Assembly (NCBI GenBank): GCA_965231775.1 | Contig: OZ246888.1 | Coordinates: forward strand, 338,853-402,852 | Origin: Candidatus Binatia bacterium | GTDB lineage: Bacteria; Desulfobacterota; Binatia; Bin18 | Direction of reading: 5' to 3' | Length of the DNA: 64,000 nt | In this document: positions 1-9,600 of the stretch, piece by piece | Numbering within the stretch: position 1 is the first letter of the stretch | How the letters are laid out: the number at the start of each line of letters is the position of its first letter | Translations under genes and position numbers: made by a program | The notes under the pieces: generated by a model | The model's input: the letters and a program-made list of their open reading frames with translations, nothing else | What the model was told of the DNA's origin: nothing | Databases searched by the model: none

Positions 1-613
1 CAAGTCCCGGAATTTCCTCTAAATGCGGCAAGGGACGGCCCAGCACATCGGAGAACAGGGTCAGCACACGCAAGGTGATACCCCAGATCATCTGGTCCTG
101 AAAACGGATCGCCGGATAGTACAGTGTCTTGCCGTCCGCAGACAATTTCAGGTGGGTGGCGTTCTCGGCCTGCCAGGGATGTGCCAACGGCATCCAGTAG
201 GCTTCGGCGACCTCGTGATTCAGCGTTAATGCCGGGATGGCCGGCCCCAGGTAATAGACCGCAGCAAAAAGGTCCAAGGGCTGGTCCCGTCCGCTCAGCC
301 GGATGGATACCGGGGCGAGCGAGCCCAGACGGTGGGCCGGGTCCAGGCGCAGGCCCACTTCTTCGTGGGTTTCGCGCTCGGCCGTGACCTGAAGATCGGC
401 ATCCTCGGGAGAAAAGCGCCCGCCCGGAAGGGCCATATGGCCCGACCACGGATCGCCCGATTTTTCAGCCCGCCGGATCATACATAGTCTTAGGTTGTCT
501 TCCCGCCCCACGAGTATCATGGCTACAGCGGCACAACCGCGATGGGCATTGAGACGATTAAGAGCAGGCTGATGGGCGGTCAGGGCGTTCCGGATTGCTT
601 CAACGCTCAACAC
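1..613 (-). CDS. NUDIX hydrolase, CoA pyrophosphatase-like (5' part; runs off window start)
   Basis: Manual translation of the minus strand gives a Nudix box, GGRFSPEDADLQVTAERETHEEVGL (GX5EX7REUXEEXGU pattern). GTG start at 611-613. Not in the ORF track because it is truncated at the window edge. Confidence 0.7.
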   Translation of the reverse strand, partial: MLSVEAIRNALTAHQPALNRLNAHRGCAAVAMILVGREDNLRLCMIRRAEKSGDPWSGHMALPGGRFSPEDADLQVTAERETHEEVGLRLDPAHRLGSLAPVSIRLSGRDQPLDLFAAVYYLGPAIPALTLNHEVAEAYWMPLAHPWQAENATHLKLSADGKTLYYPAIRFQDQMIWGITLRVLTLFSDVLGRPLPHLEEIPGL

Positions 614-659
614 AATCGACCTCCAGGGCTGTGCATCATCAGCCTAAAGCATCCTGAGC

Positions 660-1661
660 CTAGAACACTGCCAACGGATTGAGCGGCGAGCCCGTTCCGC
701 CAGGGACGCGCAAGGGCGCAGCCACAAAGAGGAAGGTCCAGCGTTTGCGTGCCTGCGCTTCACGGGCCAGGTCTTCGAGGTTTAGGTTATCCAGCAGCGG
801 CATGCCTAGGGCGACCACGGCCAGCCGGTGAATCGGAAACGGCATCCCTTCGATCCCGGACGGGAAGACTTCATTCGTGCCGTCAGAACCAACCGTTGCT
901 ACGTCGCGCGCCTTGAGCCAGGCTGCGACCGCAGCGTGCAGGCCCGAGGCCCGCTGGGTGAAATCCCAGGAGCCGACCTCCTGGTGTCGTTTGTACAGCC
1001 CGGTGCGGACCAGCAGCACATCGCCGCTTGTTATGTGTATGCCGGTCTTTTGTTCCCAGGCCTCCAGGTCTTCGACCCGGACTGCGGTGCCCGGTTCGAG
1101 ATAGGGCACGTCCTTTAACCAGGGCATATCCACCAGGATGCCGCGGGTAAAAATACCCTGGTGCATGGCCTGCACGCCGAGTTGCTCCGCGCCGTCGGGT
1201 TTTACCGCCGAGCGCGGGAAGCCGTTATACATCTTGCCCTGATGAAAAATATGACACAGCGCGTCCACATGCGAATGGGCAAAGCCGTGATATCGGATCG
1301 TATAGGTATCCTCGGCAAAGACGCCACCATCGTTCTCGTGCACCCGGAGGCTATGCTCAAGCGGAAACTCGTTATTGGTGCTGGCCTCTTTCGCCAAGTC
1401 AAAGGCCACAGAAACCGAGACGCCCTCGGTCACCAGCGCGGCCGCCTGACGCCGCTTCTCGGGGGTAATCAGATTGAGCGTGCCGAGTTCGTCGTCTTCT
1501 CCCCAGCGGCCCCAATTCGAGAGGCTGGACATCCACTGCTCCAGCGTCGCTGGCGTGAGCGGGGGGAGGGCGTCTGCCGCCTGAGCGACGTGTGGACGTT
1601 CCAGCATGAGAGCAGTCACCAGGATGATGCTCACCGGCAATACCATGGATCGATATCTCAT
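660..1661 (-). CDS. cyclase-family protein (kynurenine formamidase-like), secreted
   Basis: The 486-aa track ORF is over-extended at its 5' end. The real start is MRYRSMVLPVSIILVTALMLERPHVAQA (signal peptide) at 1661. The HxGTHxD-like motif YHGFAHSHVDALCH is typical of the cyclase family. Confidence 0.7.
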   Translation of the reverse strand: MRYRSMVLPVSIILVTALMLERPHVAQAADALPPLTPATLEQWMSSLSNWGRWGEDDELGTLNLITPEKRRQAAALVTEGVSVSVAFDLAKEASTNNEFPLEHSLRVHENDGGVFAEDTYTIRYHGFAHSHVDALCHIFHQGKMYNGFPRSAVKPDGAEQLGVQAMHQGIFTRGILVDMPWLKDVPYLEPGTAVRVEDLEAWEQKTGIHITSGDVLLVRTGLYKRHQEVGSWDFTQRASGLHAAVAAWLKARDVATVGSDGTNEVFPSGIEGMPFPIHRLAVVALGMPLLDNLNLEDLAREAQARKRWTFLFVAAPLRVPGGTGSPLNPLAVF

Positions 1662-1833
1662 CACTCCCCTCCTCGCTGGAATGTGTACTCGGGATGAGGC
1701 TGAAGAGCAAGCCAAGACAGGAACGCGCGCGGCGGGTTCCGTCGCCGCTGGAGTCTTTTGCAGCGGCCCGGCCACAGGTAAGCTGTCCCGGTATGGACGG
1801 GATGGATGCGAGGGACAAAAGGAGCCACAACAC

Positions 1834-2631
1834 ATGCCACGCCTGAGCAAGCTGAGTCGATCAATCACAGGGAAAATTGCGTTGGTGACCGGGGCCGCAA
1901 GCGGTATGGGACGGGCAACCGCCCATCTCTTTGCCGACGAAGAGGCCCAGGTTGCCGTGCTGGACAGAAATGCGGACGGCGTCGCCCGCGTCGTCGAGGA
2001 GATTACCCAAGCCGGCGGTACGGCCACGGGCTGGACCCTGGACCTTGCCAACGCTGTGGAGATCGAACCGACGCTGGCCCGGATTGTCGAACATTTCGGC
2101 GGACTCGACATTCTGGTCAATAATGCCGGTATCGATGCCTCCGCCCGTATTCAGAGCAGCAAATACGAAGAGGTCTGGGAGCGCTGTTTCAGCGTGAATC
2201 TGACGGCCCACCAGCGTCTCATTCGCGCGGCTCTGCCCTATCTCACAAAAAGCGGAGCCGGACGGATCGTGAATATCGCTTCGACCGAAGCGGTCGGCGG
2301 CAGCGCCTTTGCCAGCCCCTATACCGCAGCCAAGCACGGCGTTATGGGCCTCACCCGGGCGCTGGCGGTGGAACTGGCCACCCATGGCGTCACCGTCAAC
2401 TGCATTTGTCCGGGCGCAATTCATACCGGCCTGACCGCCACCATCCCGGAGAAAGCAAAAAACATCTTTGCCCGGCGGCGCGTGCCGCTCAAACGCTACG
2501 GCGACCCCGAAGAAGTCGCCCACGCGACGCTCAGCCTCGTCCTGCCGGCCGCGTCGTATATCAACGGCGCCACGCTGGTCGTCGACGGCGGCTTTACGAT
2601 TCAAAATAACGGTGGTGCGTTGAGCCGGTGA
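1834..2631 (+). CDS. SDR-family oxidoreductase
   Basis: TGAASGMG Rossmann motif, NNAG and the YxxxK-type catalytic region. RBS ggagcc precedes the ATG at 1834. The upstream part of the track ORF overlaps the cyclase gene. Confidence 0.85.
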   Translation: MPRLSKLSRSITGKIALVTGAASGMGRATAHLFADEEAQVAVLDRNADGVARVVEEITQAGGTATGWTLDLANAVEIEPTLARIVEHFGGLDILVNNAGIDASARIQSSKYEEVWERCFSVNLTAHQRLIRAALPYLTKSGAGRIVNIASTEAVGGSAFASPYTAAKHGVMGLTRALAVELATHGVTVNCICPGAIHTGLTATIPEKAKNIFARRRVPLKRYGDPEEVAHATLSLVLPAASYINGATLVVDGGFTIQNNGGALSR

Positions 2632-2709
2632 AGTACGCTCTCGCTCCCCCGACCGATGGTCCACGTCCTCACCTATCATTTGGATAGCCAAGGTCGGGAA
2701 GGCAAAGAC

Positions 2710-2928
2710 CTACGGGGCCCACTTCATGCGGAGTTTGCGTTCATTCATGGCACAGTCACGCAGGTATAAATTAATGAGGCTCTGGTATGGAATGCCTGTT
2801 TCCTCGGCCAGAGACTTAAAGTAGGCAATCGTGTCCCGGTCCAGGCGCATGGTCACTGGCTGTTTGAGATGCTTGAGGTAGGGGTTTTTCCGCCCCTTCA
2901 TCTTTGAGAAGTCATAATGGTCTCTCAT
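2710..2928 (-). CDS. BrnA-family (COG3514-like) ribbon-helix-helix antitoxin-like protein; no adjacent toxin
   Basis: The C-terminal 72 aa, MRDHYDF...VTMRLDRDTIAYFKSLAEETGIPYQSLINLYLRDCA, match the BrnA antitoxin pattern. The upstream extension in the track ORF is out of frame with the MFS gene 3' end. Confidence 0.55.
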   Translation of the reverse strand: MRDHYDFSKMKGRKNPYLKHLKQPVTMRLDRDTIAYFKSLAEETGIPYQSLINLYLRDCAMNERKLRMKWAP

Positions 2929-4276
2929 GTTTGTTGCCTCCAGTAATGTCGCTCCTCTCCGCCAGAGCCCGCCGCGCGGCCAGGCGCTCCACTTGGCCGG
3001 CCACCACGCGCACCTTGCGCGGACCGGCCAGCCACATGCTGCCAATGGACACGAAGGCAAACGTCAGCGCAATCCAGAAGGCAGCCGTATAACTGCCGGT
3101 GCGGTCAAAGAGCAGGCCGGTCACCCAGGGGCCGGTCCCGCCGCCCAGACTGCCGGCAATGCTCAGCGTGCCGTAGATACGGCCGTACTGTTTGCCCTGA
3201 AAAATCTCCGCCGGGATGGCGCCGAACACCGAGACTGTGCCGTAGCCCAACATGCCCTGGGCCGCAACCATGGCGTATAACAGCACCAGACTGGGCTGCT
3301 CGGGCATACCGAGCAGGATGACGTAACACAAGACAAAGCCCATCATGCTGATGGTCCAGACCCACTCGCGTCCAATCCGGTCGGAAAGCATGCCCAGCCC
3401 AATCTGGCCGCCGCAGGCGGTCAGCCCAACCAACCCGAGGGCAAAGGCCGCCACCTCGGGTGAAAAGCCGCTATCGGTCAGGTATTTGGTCTGATGCACC
3501 TGGATGGCGTACCAGGCGTACAGACTGCTGAAAAAAGAGAGACCCAACCACCAGAAACGGGAGGTGCGTATGGCGCGCGCCAGGGTCCAGTCGGTCGCGG
3601 CCCAGGCGTGGTCCACGACATTATCGGCCGGGCGCTGTCCACTGTGAATGCTGCTTGGGGCGAGGTCTCCGTCGGGCGCCAAGCCGAGGTCCTCGGGTCG
3701 CCGGCGTTGCAGGATCGCGTTCAACGGCAACACGATCACCACCAAGGTCCCGGCCACCACCCAACACGCCTCCCGCCAGCCGGCCTGATCAATAATGCTT
3801 TGGATCCACGGAAAGAGCAGGATGGAGCCAACGCCCACGCCGGAAAAGGCAAGCCCCAGGGCCAGCCCGCGGCGGCGCACAAACCAGTAGGGTAAAAACA
3901 GGGAGTGACCGAGATAGCTGATGGAGGTACTCGCACCGCCGACCAGGATGCCGAAGGTGACATACAGATGCCACGGCTGAGAGACCAGAGTAATCGAGAC
4001 CATGCCGATGCTGACCAGTACCGCGCCCAGCGGGATGACCACGCGTGGCCCCCAGCGATCCATGAGCATGCCGACCAGGGGGGCGTACACGGTGGCCGCC
4101 AGAAAACCGCAAGAAAAGGCCGCGGCCGTACTGCCCCGGTCCCAACCGAATTCCGCCAGAATGGGCGGAAACAACAAGGAGAAGGTCGTGCGCGTGTTCA
4201 CGCCGATCGCCAGGGTGACAAAGGCCACGGCCACGACCGCCCAGCCATAATAAAAGGGGAATTCTTTTCGCCGCAT
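2912..4276 (-). CDS. MFS transporter
   Basis: 12-TM hydrophobic profile with MFS-like loops. Start taken at MRRKEFPFYYGWAVVA (4276) rather than at the upstream track start. Confidence 0.8.
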   Translation of the reverse strand: MRRKEFPFYYGWAVVAVAFVTLAIGVNTRTTFSLLFPPILAEFGWDRGSTAAAFSCGFLAATVYAPLVGMLMDRWGPRVVIPLGAVLVSIGMVSITLVSQPWHLYVTFGILVGGASTSISYLGHSLFLPYWFVRRRGLALGLAFSGVGVGSILLFPWIQSIIDQAGWREACWVVAGTLVVIVLPLNAILQRRRPEDLGLAPDGDLAPSSIHSGQRPADNVVDHAWAATDWTLARAIRTSRFWWLGLSFFSSLYAWYAIQVHQTKYLTDSGFSPEVAAFALGLVGLTACGGQIGLGMLSDRIGREWVWTISMMGFVLCYVILLGMPEQPSLVLLYAMVAAQGMLGYGTVSVFGAIPAEIFQGKQYGRIYGTLSIAGSLGGGTGPWVTGLLFDRTGSYTAAFWIALTFAFVSIGSMWLAGPRKVRVVAGQVERLAARRALAERSDITGGNKHERPL

Positions 4277-4433
4277 CGGATAGCGTCGTGATGAAGGAGT
4301 AGACGCGCACCTTACACAAAGTCGGCGGCTTTGTCTGTGGCCGACCCGCCCATTGTCTTCCTTCCTCGGAGCGATTACCCTCGCCCCATCAGGCTGCTGT
4401 TCACCTGAGCGGCCGCACACAAGGAGGGAGCGT

Positions 4434-5288
4434 ATGGAATTTGAAACCTTGGCCAGCGGCTACGGACTCGTCGAGGGACCCCGGACCGACGAGCAGAATC
4501 GGCTCTATTATAGCGATGTGCGCGGTGGCGGGGTCTTCCGGCGCAGCCCCGACGGGGAGATTGAAACCTTGCTGGCGGACCGCAAGTTTGTTGGCGGCAT
4601 CGGCTTGAATGCCGGCGGCGGCATCTTGGTGACGGGCCTGTCGCTGGCGCACTGGGACGAGGCGTCCGGCGCGCTGCGGGATATCTTCGCCGAATGGCAG
4701 GGGAAGCCCCTGTTCGGCCTGAACGACCTCACCATGGATGACCAGGGCAGTATTTGGGTCGGTTCGTTTGGCTGCAATATCCATGAGTTCGATTTTAAGA
4801 GCACGCCACCACCGGGCTCGCTCTTCCGCATCGATCCACCGGGCCAGGTGACGCACCTCTGGGAGGGGGTGGAGGTGACCAACGGCCTGGGCTTCAGTCC
4901 GGACCGTAAATTGCTCTACCACTGTGATTCAACCACCAAGGCCGTCTGGGCCTATGGGGTGCGGGCCGACCGCACCGTCAGCGACCGGCAACTGTTCGCG
5001 CAGCTACCCGAGGGCATGCCCGACGGCATGACCGTTGATGTCGAAGGCGGGGTGTGGGTCGCCACGGTGGCCGGGCGGGGTGAGATCGTGCGTTTCAAAC
5101 CGGACGGCACGGTCGACCGGCGCATCAAGGTGCCGGCCAAAACGGTCACCAGCGTGGCCTTTGGCGGCCCCGACATGTCGGACCTGTACGTGGTCACCGC
5201 CAACAACGATCAACGCGAGCTCAAGGGCAGCGTCTTTCGGGCGCGTTCGGATATTCCTGGGCTGCCCGTACCCCAGGCACGCTTCTAA
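4434..5288 (+). CDS. SMP-30/gluconolactonase/LRE-family protein
   Basis: Beta-propeller lactonase-like sequence (YYSDV..GGV.R, NGLGFSPD, DGMTVD). RBS aaggaggg lies 6 nt upstream of the ATG at 4434. Confidence 0.8.
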   Translation: MEFETLASGYGLVEGPRTDEQNRLYYSDVRGGGVFRRSPDGEIETLLADRKFVGGIGLNAGGGILVTGLSLAHWDEASGALRDIFAEWQGKPLFGLNDLTMDDQGSIWVGSFGCNIHEFDFKSTPPPGSLFRIDPPGQVTHLWEGVEVTNGLGFSPDRKLLYHCDSTTKAVWAYGVRADRTVSDRQLFAQLPEGMPDGMTVDVEGGVWVATVAGRGEIVRFKPDGTVDRRIKVPAKTVTSVAFGGPDMSDLYVVTANNDQRELKGSVFRARSDIPGLPVPQARF

Positions 5289-5299
5289 GGAGGGAACCA

Positions 5300-5967
5300 T
5301 GTTAAAGTTTATGGCCGCTGTTCGGCGTCTGGATCATATTTCGCACGATGAGCTGGTCCACGCCTGGGAACACATTCACGCCCCGCATGTCGTTTCGCTG
5401 GTCAAGCCGGAACGCTATCGCATCACCTTCTTCGACCCGCCCTCGGACAGCGCCGATGCGGACAGCCGTCCACCGGACGGTATGGCCGAGCTGTGGTTCC
5501 GGGATAGAGAGCATTTTGAGACCACGATCGGACGGCAGGCCCCGCCCAATATAGACGCCGACAAATTCAGTACCTATGCCGCCATCCAACCGGGCTGCAA
5601 TCTGTTTGTGACCGAGCATCTCAACGTTGATGGGCCGACGACCCGCGACACCACCAAGCTCACCTTCTTTATCAAGAGACGCCAGGGAATCGAGCGCGCC
5701 CACCTGGACGACTACTGGCTGAAGGTCCATGTGCCGAACGTTGTTGCGGCCATCAATAATACGCCGGACGCGGTACGCTATTCCGTGGACTTGGTGGATC
5801 AGGCCGAGTCTGAGCGAGAGCGCACCTACGACGGCGTGGCCCAAATCTGCATCGACCATGCCAACGCCACCTTCGCCGACATCCAGGGCTATGAGCCGGA
5901 CGGTTTCGGCGAGCTGGTCGAACCCATGCTGGTGGTTAGTGGGCACGAGGTGCGTATTGTGGGCTGA
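5300..5967 (+). CDS. tandem EthD-like / dimeric alpha+beta-barrel protein
   Basis: Two internal repeats, each with the EthD-like pattern (HxxxH..P, W..VHVP). RBS aaggaggg precedes the ATG at 5300. Its last ~58 codons have a divergent second copy at 10859-11032. Confidence 0.6.
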
Positions 5968-5970
5968 CTG

Positions 5971-6243
5971 GTGTCGGGAACGACAATGAACGGGAACGAA
6001 CGCTCTATACCCCGAGATTTTGATCGAGATACGGCACCAGACCTGTCTAGGGACGGCTGGCCGGAGAAGTTCGCCAAGGCGACTGTCCGCCGTGGCCGGC
6101 TACCGGTCGCCAAACCGAAAGTGTCAACGACCATCCGTCTGTCACAGGACGTGATCGATCACTTCAAGGCCGGCGGTCGCGGCTGGCAGACGCGAATCGA
6201 TAAGGCGCTCCGCGAGTGGATCTGGAAACATAACGCCGCGTGA
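5971..6243 (+). CDS. BrnA-family ribbon-helix-helix protein (orphan)
   Basis: C-terminus KVSTTIRLSQDVIDHFKAGGRGWQTRIDKALREWI matches the BrnA/COG3514 signature (TIRLDxDVLDWFKAQGKGYQTRINAVLRAY). Starts 4 nt after the EthD stop. No BrnT-like ORF is adjacent. Confidence 0.6.
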   Translation: MSGTTMNGNERSIPRDFDRDTAPDLSRDGWPEKFAKATVRRGRLPVAKPKVSTTIRLSQDVIDHFKAGGRGWQTRIDKALREWIWKHNAA

Positions 6244-6268
6244 TGATGGATCGGCTGCGTGACCTTAC

Positions 6269-6519
6269 TCAGCTTCCATCCGCGAGAAGTGCCTTGAGCT
6301 TGGCTTCCGTCAAGCCGTTCGTGGATGCCTCCTCGCCCAAGGCATCCATCGTCATTGTCAGGCGTTCCCAGGCAGCGCCACGAAGTTGCTCATAGTGTTC
6401 ACCGACATCATCACGCCGACCACCCTGCCTTTCTTGGTCACACGCACGGGGGCGCGCTGCACAGCGTCAAGCAAATAGCCGAAGCGATTCTTGGCATCCC
6501 TGGCGGTAATTTCTTTCAT
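6269..6519 (-). pseudogene. Phd/YefM-family antitoxin, frameshifted (1-nt deletion near 6392)
   Basis: Manual translation: MKEITARDAKNRFGYLLDAVQRAPVRVTKKGRVVGVMMS, then a frame break. The next frame continues EHYEQLRGAAWERLTMTMDALGEEASTNGLTEAKLKALLADGS. Rejoined, this gives a typical ~83-aa Phd/YefM antitoxin. No cognate toxin gene is present. Confidence 0.55.
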
Positions 6520-6559
6520 GGGGGATGTAATAGCTACTATGCTCTCTTCTCACAATGAG

Positions 6560-6632
6560 AGATCACATCTTATAACTACAAATTATATGTATAATAAGGC
6601 ACGCCGTTATTTTCTTAAAGGCATAGAGTGAA
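6560..6632 (+). promoter_or_regulatory. AT-rich putative promoter region upstream of the STAND gene
   Basis: AT-rich stretch ...tacaaattatatgtataataaggcacg... containing a TATAAT-like hexamer, in an otherwise GC-rich context and immediately 5' of the 6633 ATG. Confidence 0.35.
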
Positions 6633-9600
6633 ATGTTTGACATCTCCAAGGATCAACTGCGCCAACTCAACGATGTGGATTTACGAGAATTGGTCGCTCG
6701 TTTGTGTGAAGCGGAATTGAGTCGCGCAGGGGCACCAGTCAGCGCGGTGAGATGGGGTGGTGCTCAGACCGCTCCCGATGGGGGCTTAGATGTTGAAATC
6801 CTAGTCAAAGACCAAGAGTTTGCAGGCGACTTCGTACCCCGTACTTGGACCGGAATTCAGGTCAAGAAATCAAACATGCCGGCTAGCAAGATCGCCGAGG
6901 AAATGTCTCCCAAAGGAGTTCTGAGACCCATCTTCCCGGAGCTTGCGAGACATAACGGCTGCTACATCATCGTTAGCCTGGCCGATGATCCCGCTGGCAC
7001 CAATCTTGGTGATCGAGAGAAGGCAATGCAGACGCAGATCGAGCCGGTCAAGGACCAGGGAGACCTGCGAGTAGAGTTTTACGGATGCGGCCGTCTTGCC
7101 GACCGGCTGCGTCAGCATCCTGGTGTCCAGCTTTGGGTGTGCGAAAAGCTGGGCTTGCCGTTGAGTGGATGGAGGCCGTTCGGGAGGTGGAGTACGACAC
7201 CGCCGGGCGTTGAGGACGACCTGATCTGCGAAGCGGGTGTTACTATTGCGCTTCCGGGAGGGAGGGACAAGTTAGATATCGCGCAAGGAATAGATGGAAT
7301 CCGAGAACTTATAAGAAGCTCAGGCAAAACGGTGCGGATTGTCGGTCTATCCGGGGTTGGTAAATCCCGAATCGTCCAAGCTTTGTTTGAAGAAACCGTC
7401 GGAGACAGACCCCTCGACAGACACCGTGCGATATACGCGGACCTTGGTGAGGTACCGGACCCGCCACCCCGAACGGTTCTTGGGCGTCTTGCTGCTGAAA
7501 AACATCTAGCAATCATAGTATTGGACAACTGTTCGTCCGATGTACACAACCGAATTGCTAGCCAAGCTGCTTCCTCGTCAAACCTTCGCCTTGTCACGGT
7601 CGAATACGACATCCGAGAGGACAAGCCCGAAGAGACCAGGGTTGTTCGGATTGATGCCGAAGGCCCCGAAATAGCTGAAACGCTAATTAAAAGACGGCAC
7701 CCTGACCTCGGTCCAGTCAATGCACAACGGGTCGCCGAGTTCTCGGGCGGCAACGCCCGGGTCGCGCTCGCGCTTGCAGACACGGCAAGTGAGGAGAAAG
7801 AAAGCCTTTTAAGTTTCTCCCCTGCACAACTCTTCGACAGGCTATTCTATCAGCGAGGTGCACCCGACGCAGACCTGCTCAAGGCTGCTGAGGTTTTGGC
7901 GCTCGTATACTCGTTTTCCATTAGCGCCAATGAAGGCGGTGTGGATGAACTCGCCACGCTTGCCGGATTGCTGGATCAGAATCGACGTGCACTACACAGG
8001 GAGGCACAAACGCTTGTTGAGCGACAGCTCGCGCAGAAGCGAGGAGCTTGGCGTGCAGTTTTGCCACATGCACTGTCCAATCGGCTTGCTAAAAGGGCAC
8101 TCGAAAATATCCCCGTTGACGACATCCTCAATACTTTTCAAGGGCTATCAAATCCTCGCCTGCTGAAGTCGTTCGGAAAACGTCTTGGATATCTCCATGA
8201 TCACGAGATCTCACAGGATATCGTCAAATCCTGGCTATCACCCGGTGGACTATTGCACGACCTGTATCTGCTTGATGAAGATGGTATCCAACTCCTTCTG
8301 AATGTGGCTCCGGTAGCTCCAGAAGATGTCTTGAACGCCATTGAGGCTCAGGATACAGGCGGAACAACTGAAATATCCTTCTCTAGGGGAAGTCTACGCC
8401 TCAGGGGAAACTCGCGCCTCTCTACATTTGCGGATCTCTTAGTCGCGATCGCATATGACCCCGATCTCTTCGAAAGATGCGTCGTCCGCCTAGCCAAGTT
8501 TGCTCTGATGGAAACAGAAGAAGAGGGGGAAAATGTCAGTGGTATACGGGGCCGTCTCTATGGTCTGTTTTCATTGTATTTTTCGGAGACCGAGGCTGGC
8601 CCAGACGCTCGTGAGCATGTTGCTCGCCGTTTTTTGTCAAGTGGAGACCGAAACGAACAGAGGCTTGGCTTGGGGATGCTCAGGGCAGCGTTGCGGGGTA
8701 CAAATCAGTTCTTGGCTGGGACTGTCGAATTCGGTGCTCGACTAAGGTTCTACGGTTACCATCCCCAGACTCACGAAGAACACGACCAGTGGTTTATACG
8801 GTTTGTTGCGCTAGCGTGGAAGATAGCCACTGGCGAAGATGTATATCTTTCGACTCAAGTGCGCGCTCTACTCGCGAGCGAGTTACGGGGGCTCTGGGAC
8901 CATTCGGGACTGCGCGAAGCGCTAGTGGATTTAGCGATGGCCCTCAATGAGCAGCGGCCTTGGCTGGAAGGTTGGCGGGCTGTCCGACAAATCAAGCACT
9001 ACGACTATCGCAGGACCCGTGGTACCAAATTATTAGATAAGCTCGATGAGATGCCAGAGTCAGAGCGACCGTCCGATAAAGAAACCAAAACCTATGTTCT
9101 CAGCGCACGATTATTAGATAAGCTGGATGAGACGCTGAAACCAAGAGGACTTGCCGATGAGGTCAGAACCTATGTTCTCAGAGCAGATCACGAACTGTCT
9201 ACCTTGGATGAAGAGTTCGACTTCGATGACAATCAGAGCTGGCAGGAGGCAAACAAACGCGCGGCTGCAAGGGCCTACGACCTTGGTACAGTCGTGGCAG
9301 ATGAGTCGAACGTCCTGAATGAGCTATCGGAGGAGCTCTTCACGGCTCAGAACGGCTATCTCTTTGAATTTGGGAAGGGTGTAGCGTCGAAGTGTAATGA
9401 CCTACAAGGTCTTTGGGAGCGTCTTATTGAGTGGCTCGAACTCGCTGGCGATCAGGCGTGCCATGGTGGTGTCTTGAATGGCGTCCTTAAGGTTACTCAC
9501 GAGCGCGATGAACCGTTAGCACAGAAAATCCTTGATGAAGCGGTACAAAAACGCATTCTCAGAAAATTCATTGTCAGCCTCCAGGTATCGGTTCCATTAG

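Noticed and set aside
1662-2120. Long N-terminal extension of the 486-aa minus-strand ORF
   Set aside because: The extension overlaps the convergent SDR gene and is Ser/Ala/Pro-rich with no domain. The signal-peptide start at 1661 explains the protein.
3494-4319. Several 75-176-aa ORFs on both strands inside the MFS transporter gene
   Set aside because: They overlap a well-supported 12-TM gene. Their composition is typical of alternate-frame translation of GC-rich DNA.
9030-9191. Possible CRISPR-like or DNA-level repeat array
   Set aside because: Only two units, no spacers, and it is in frame within a coding sequence. It is an intragenic tandem duplication, not a CRISPR array.
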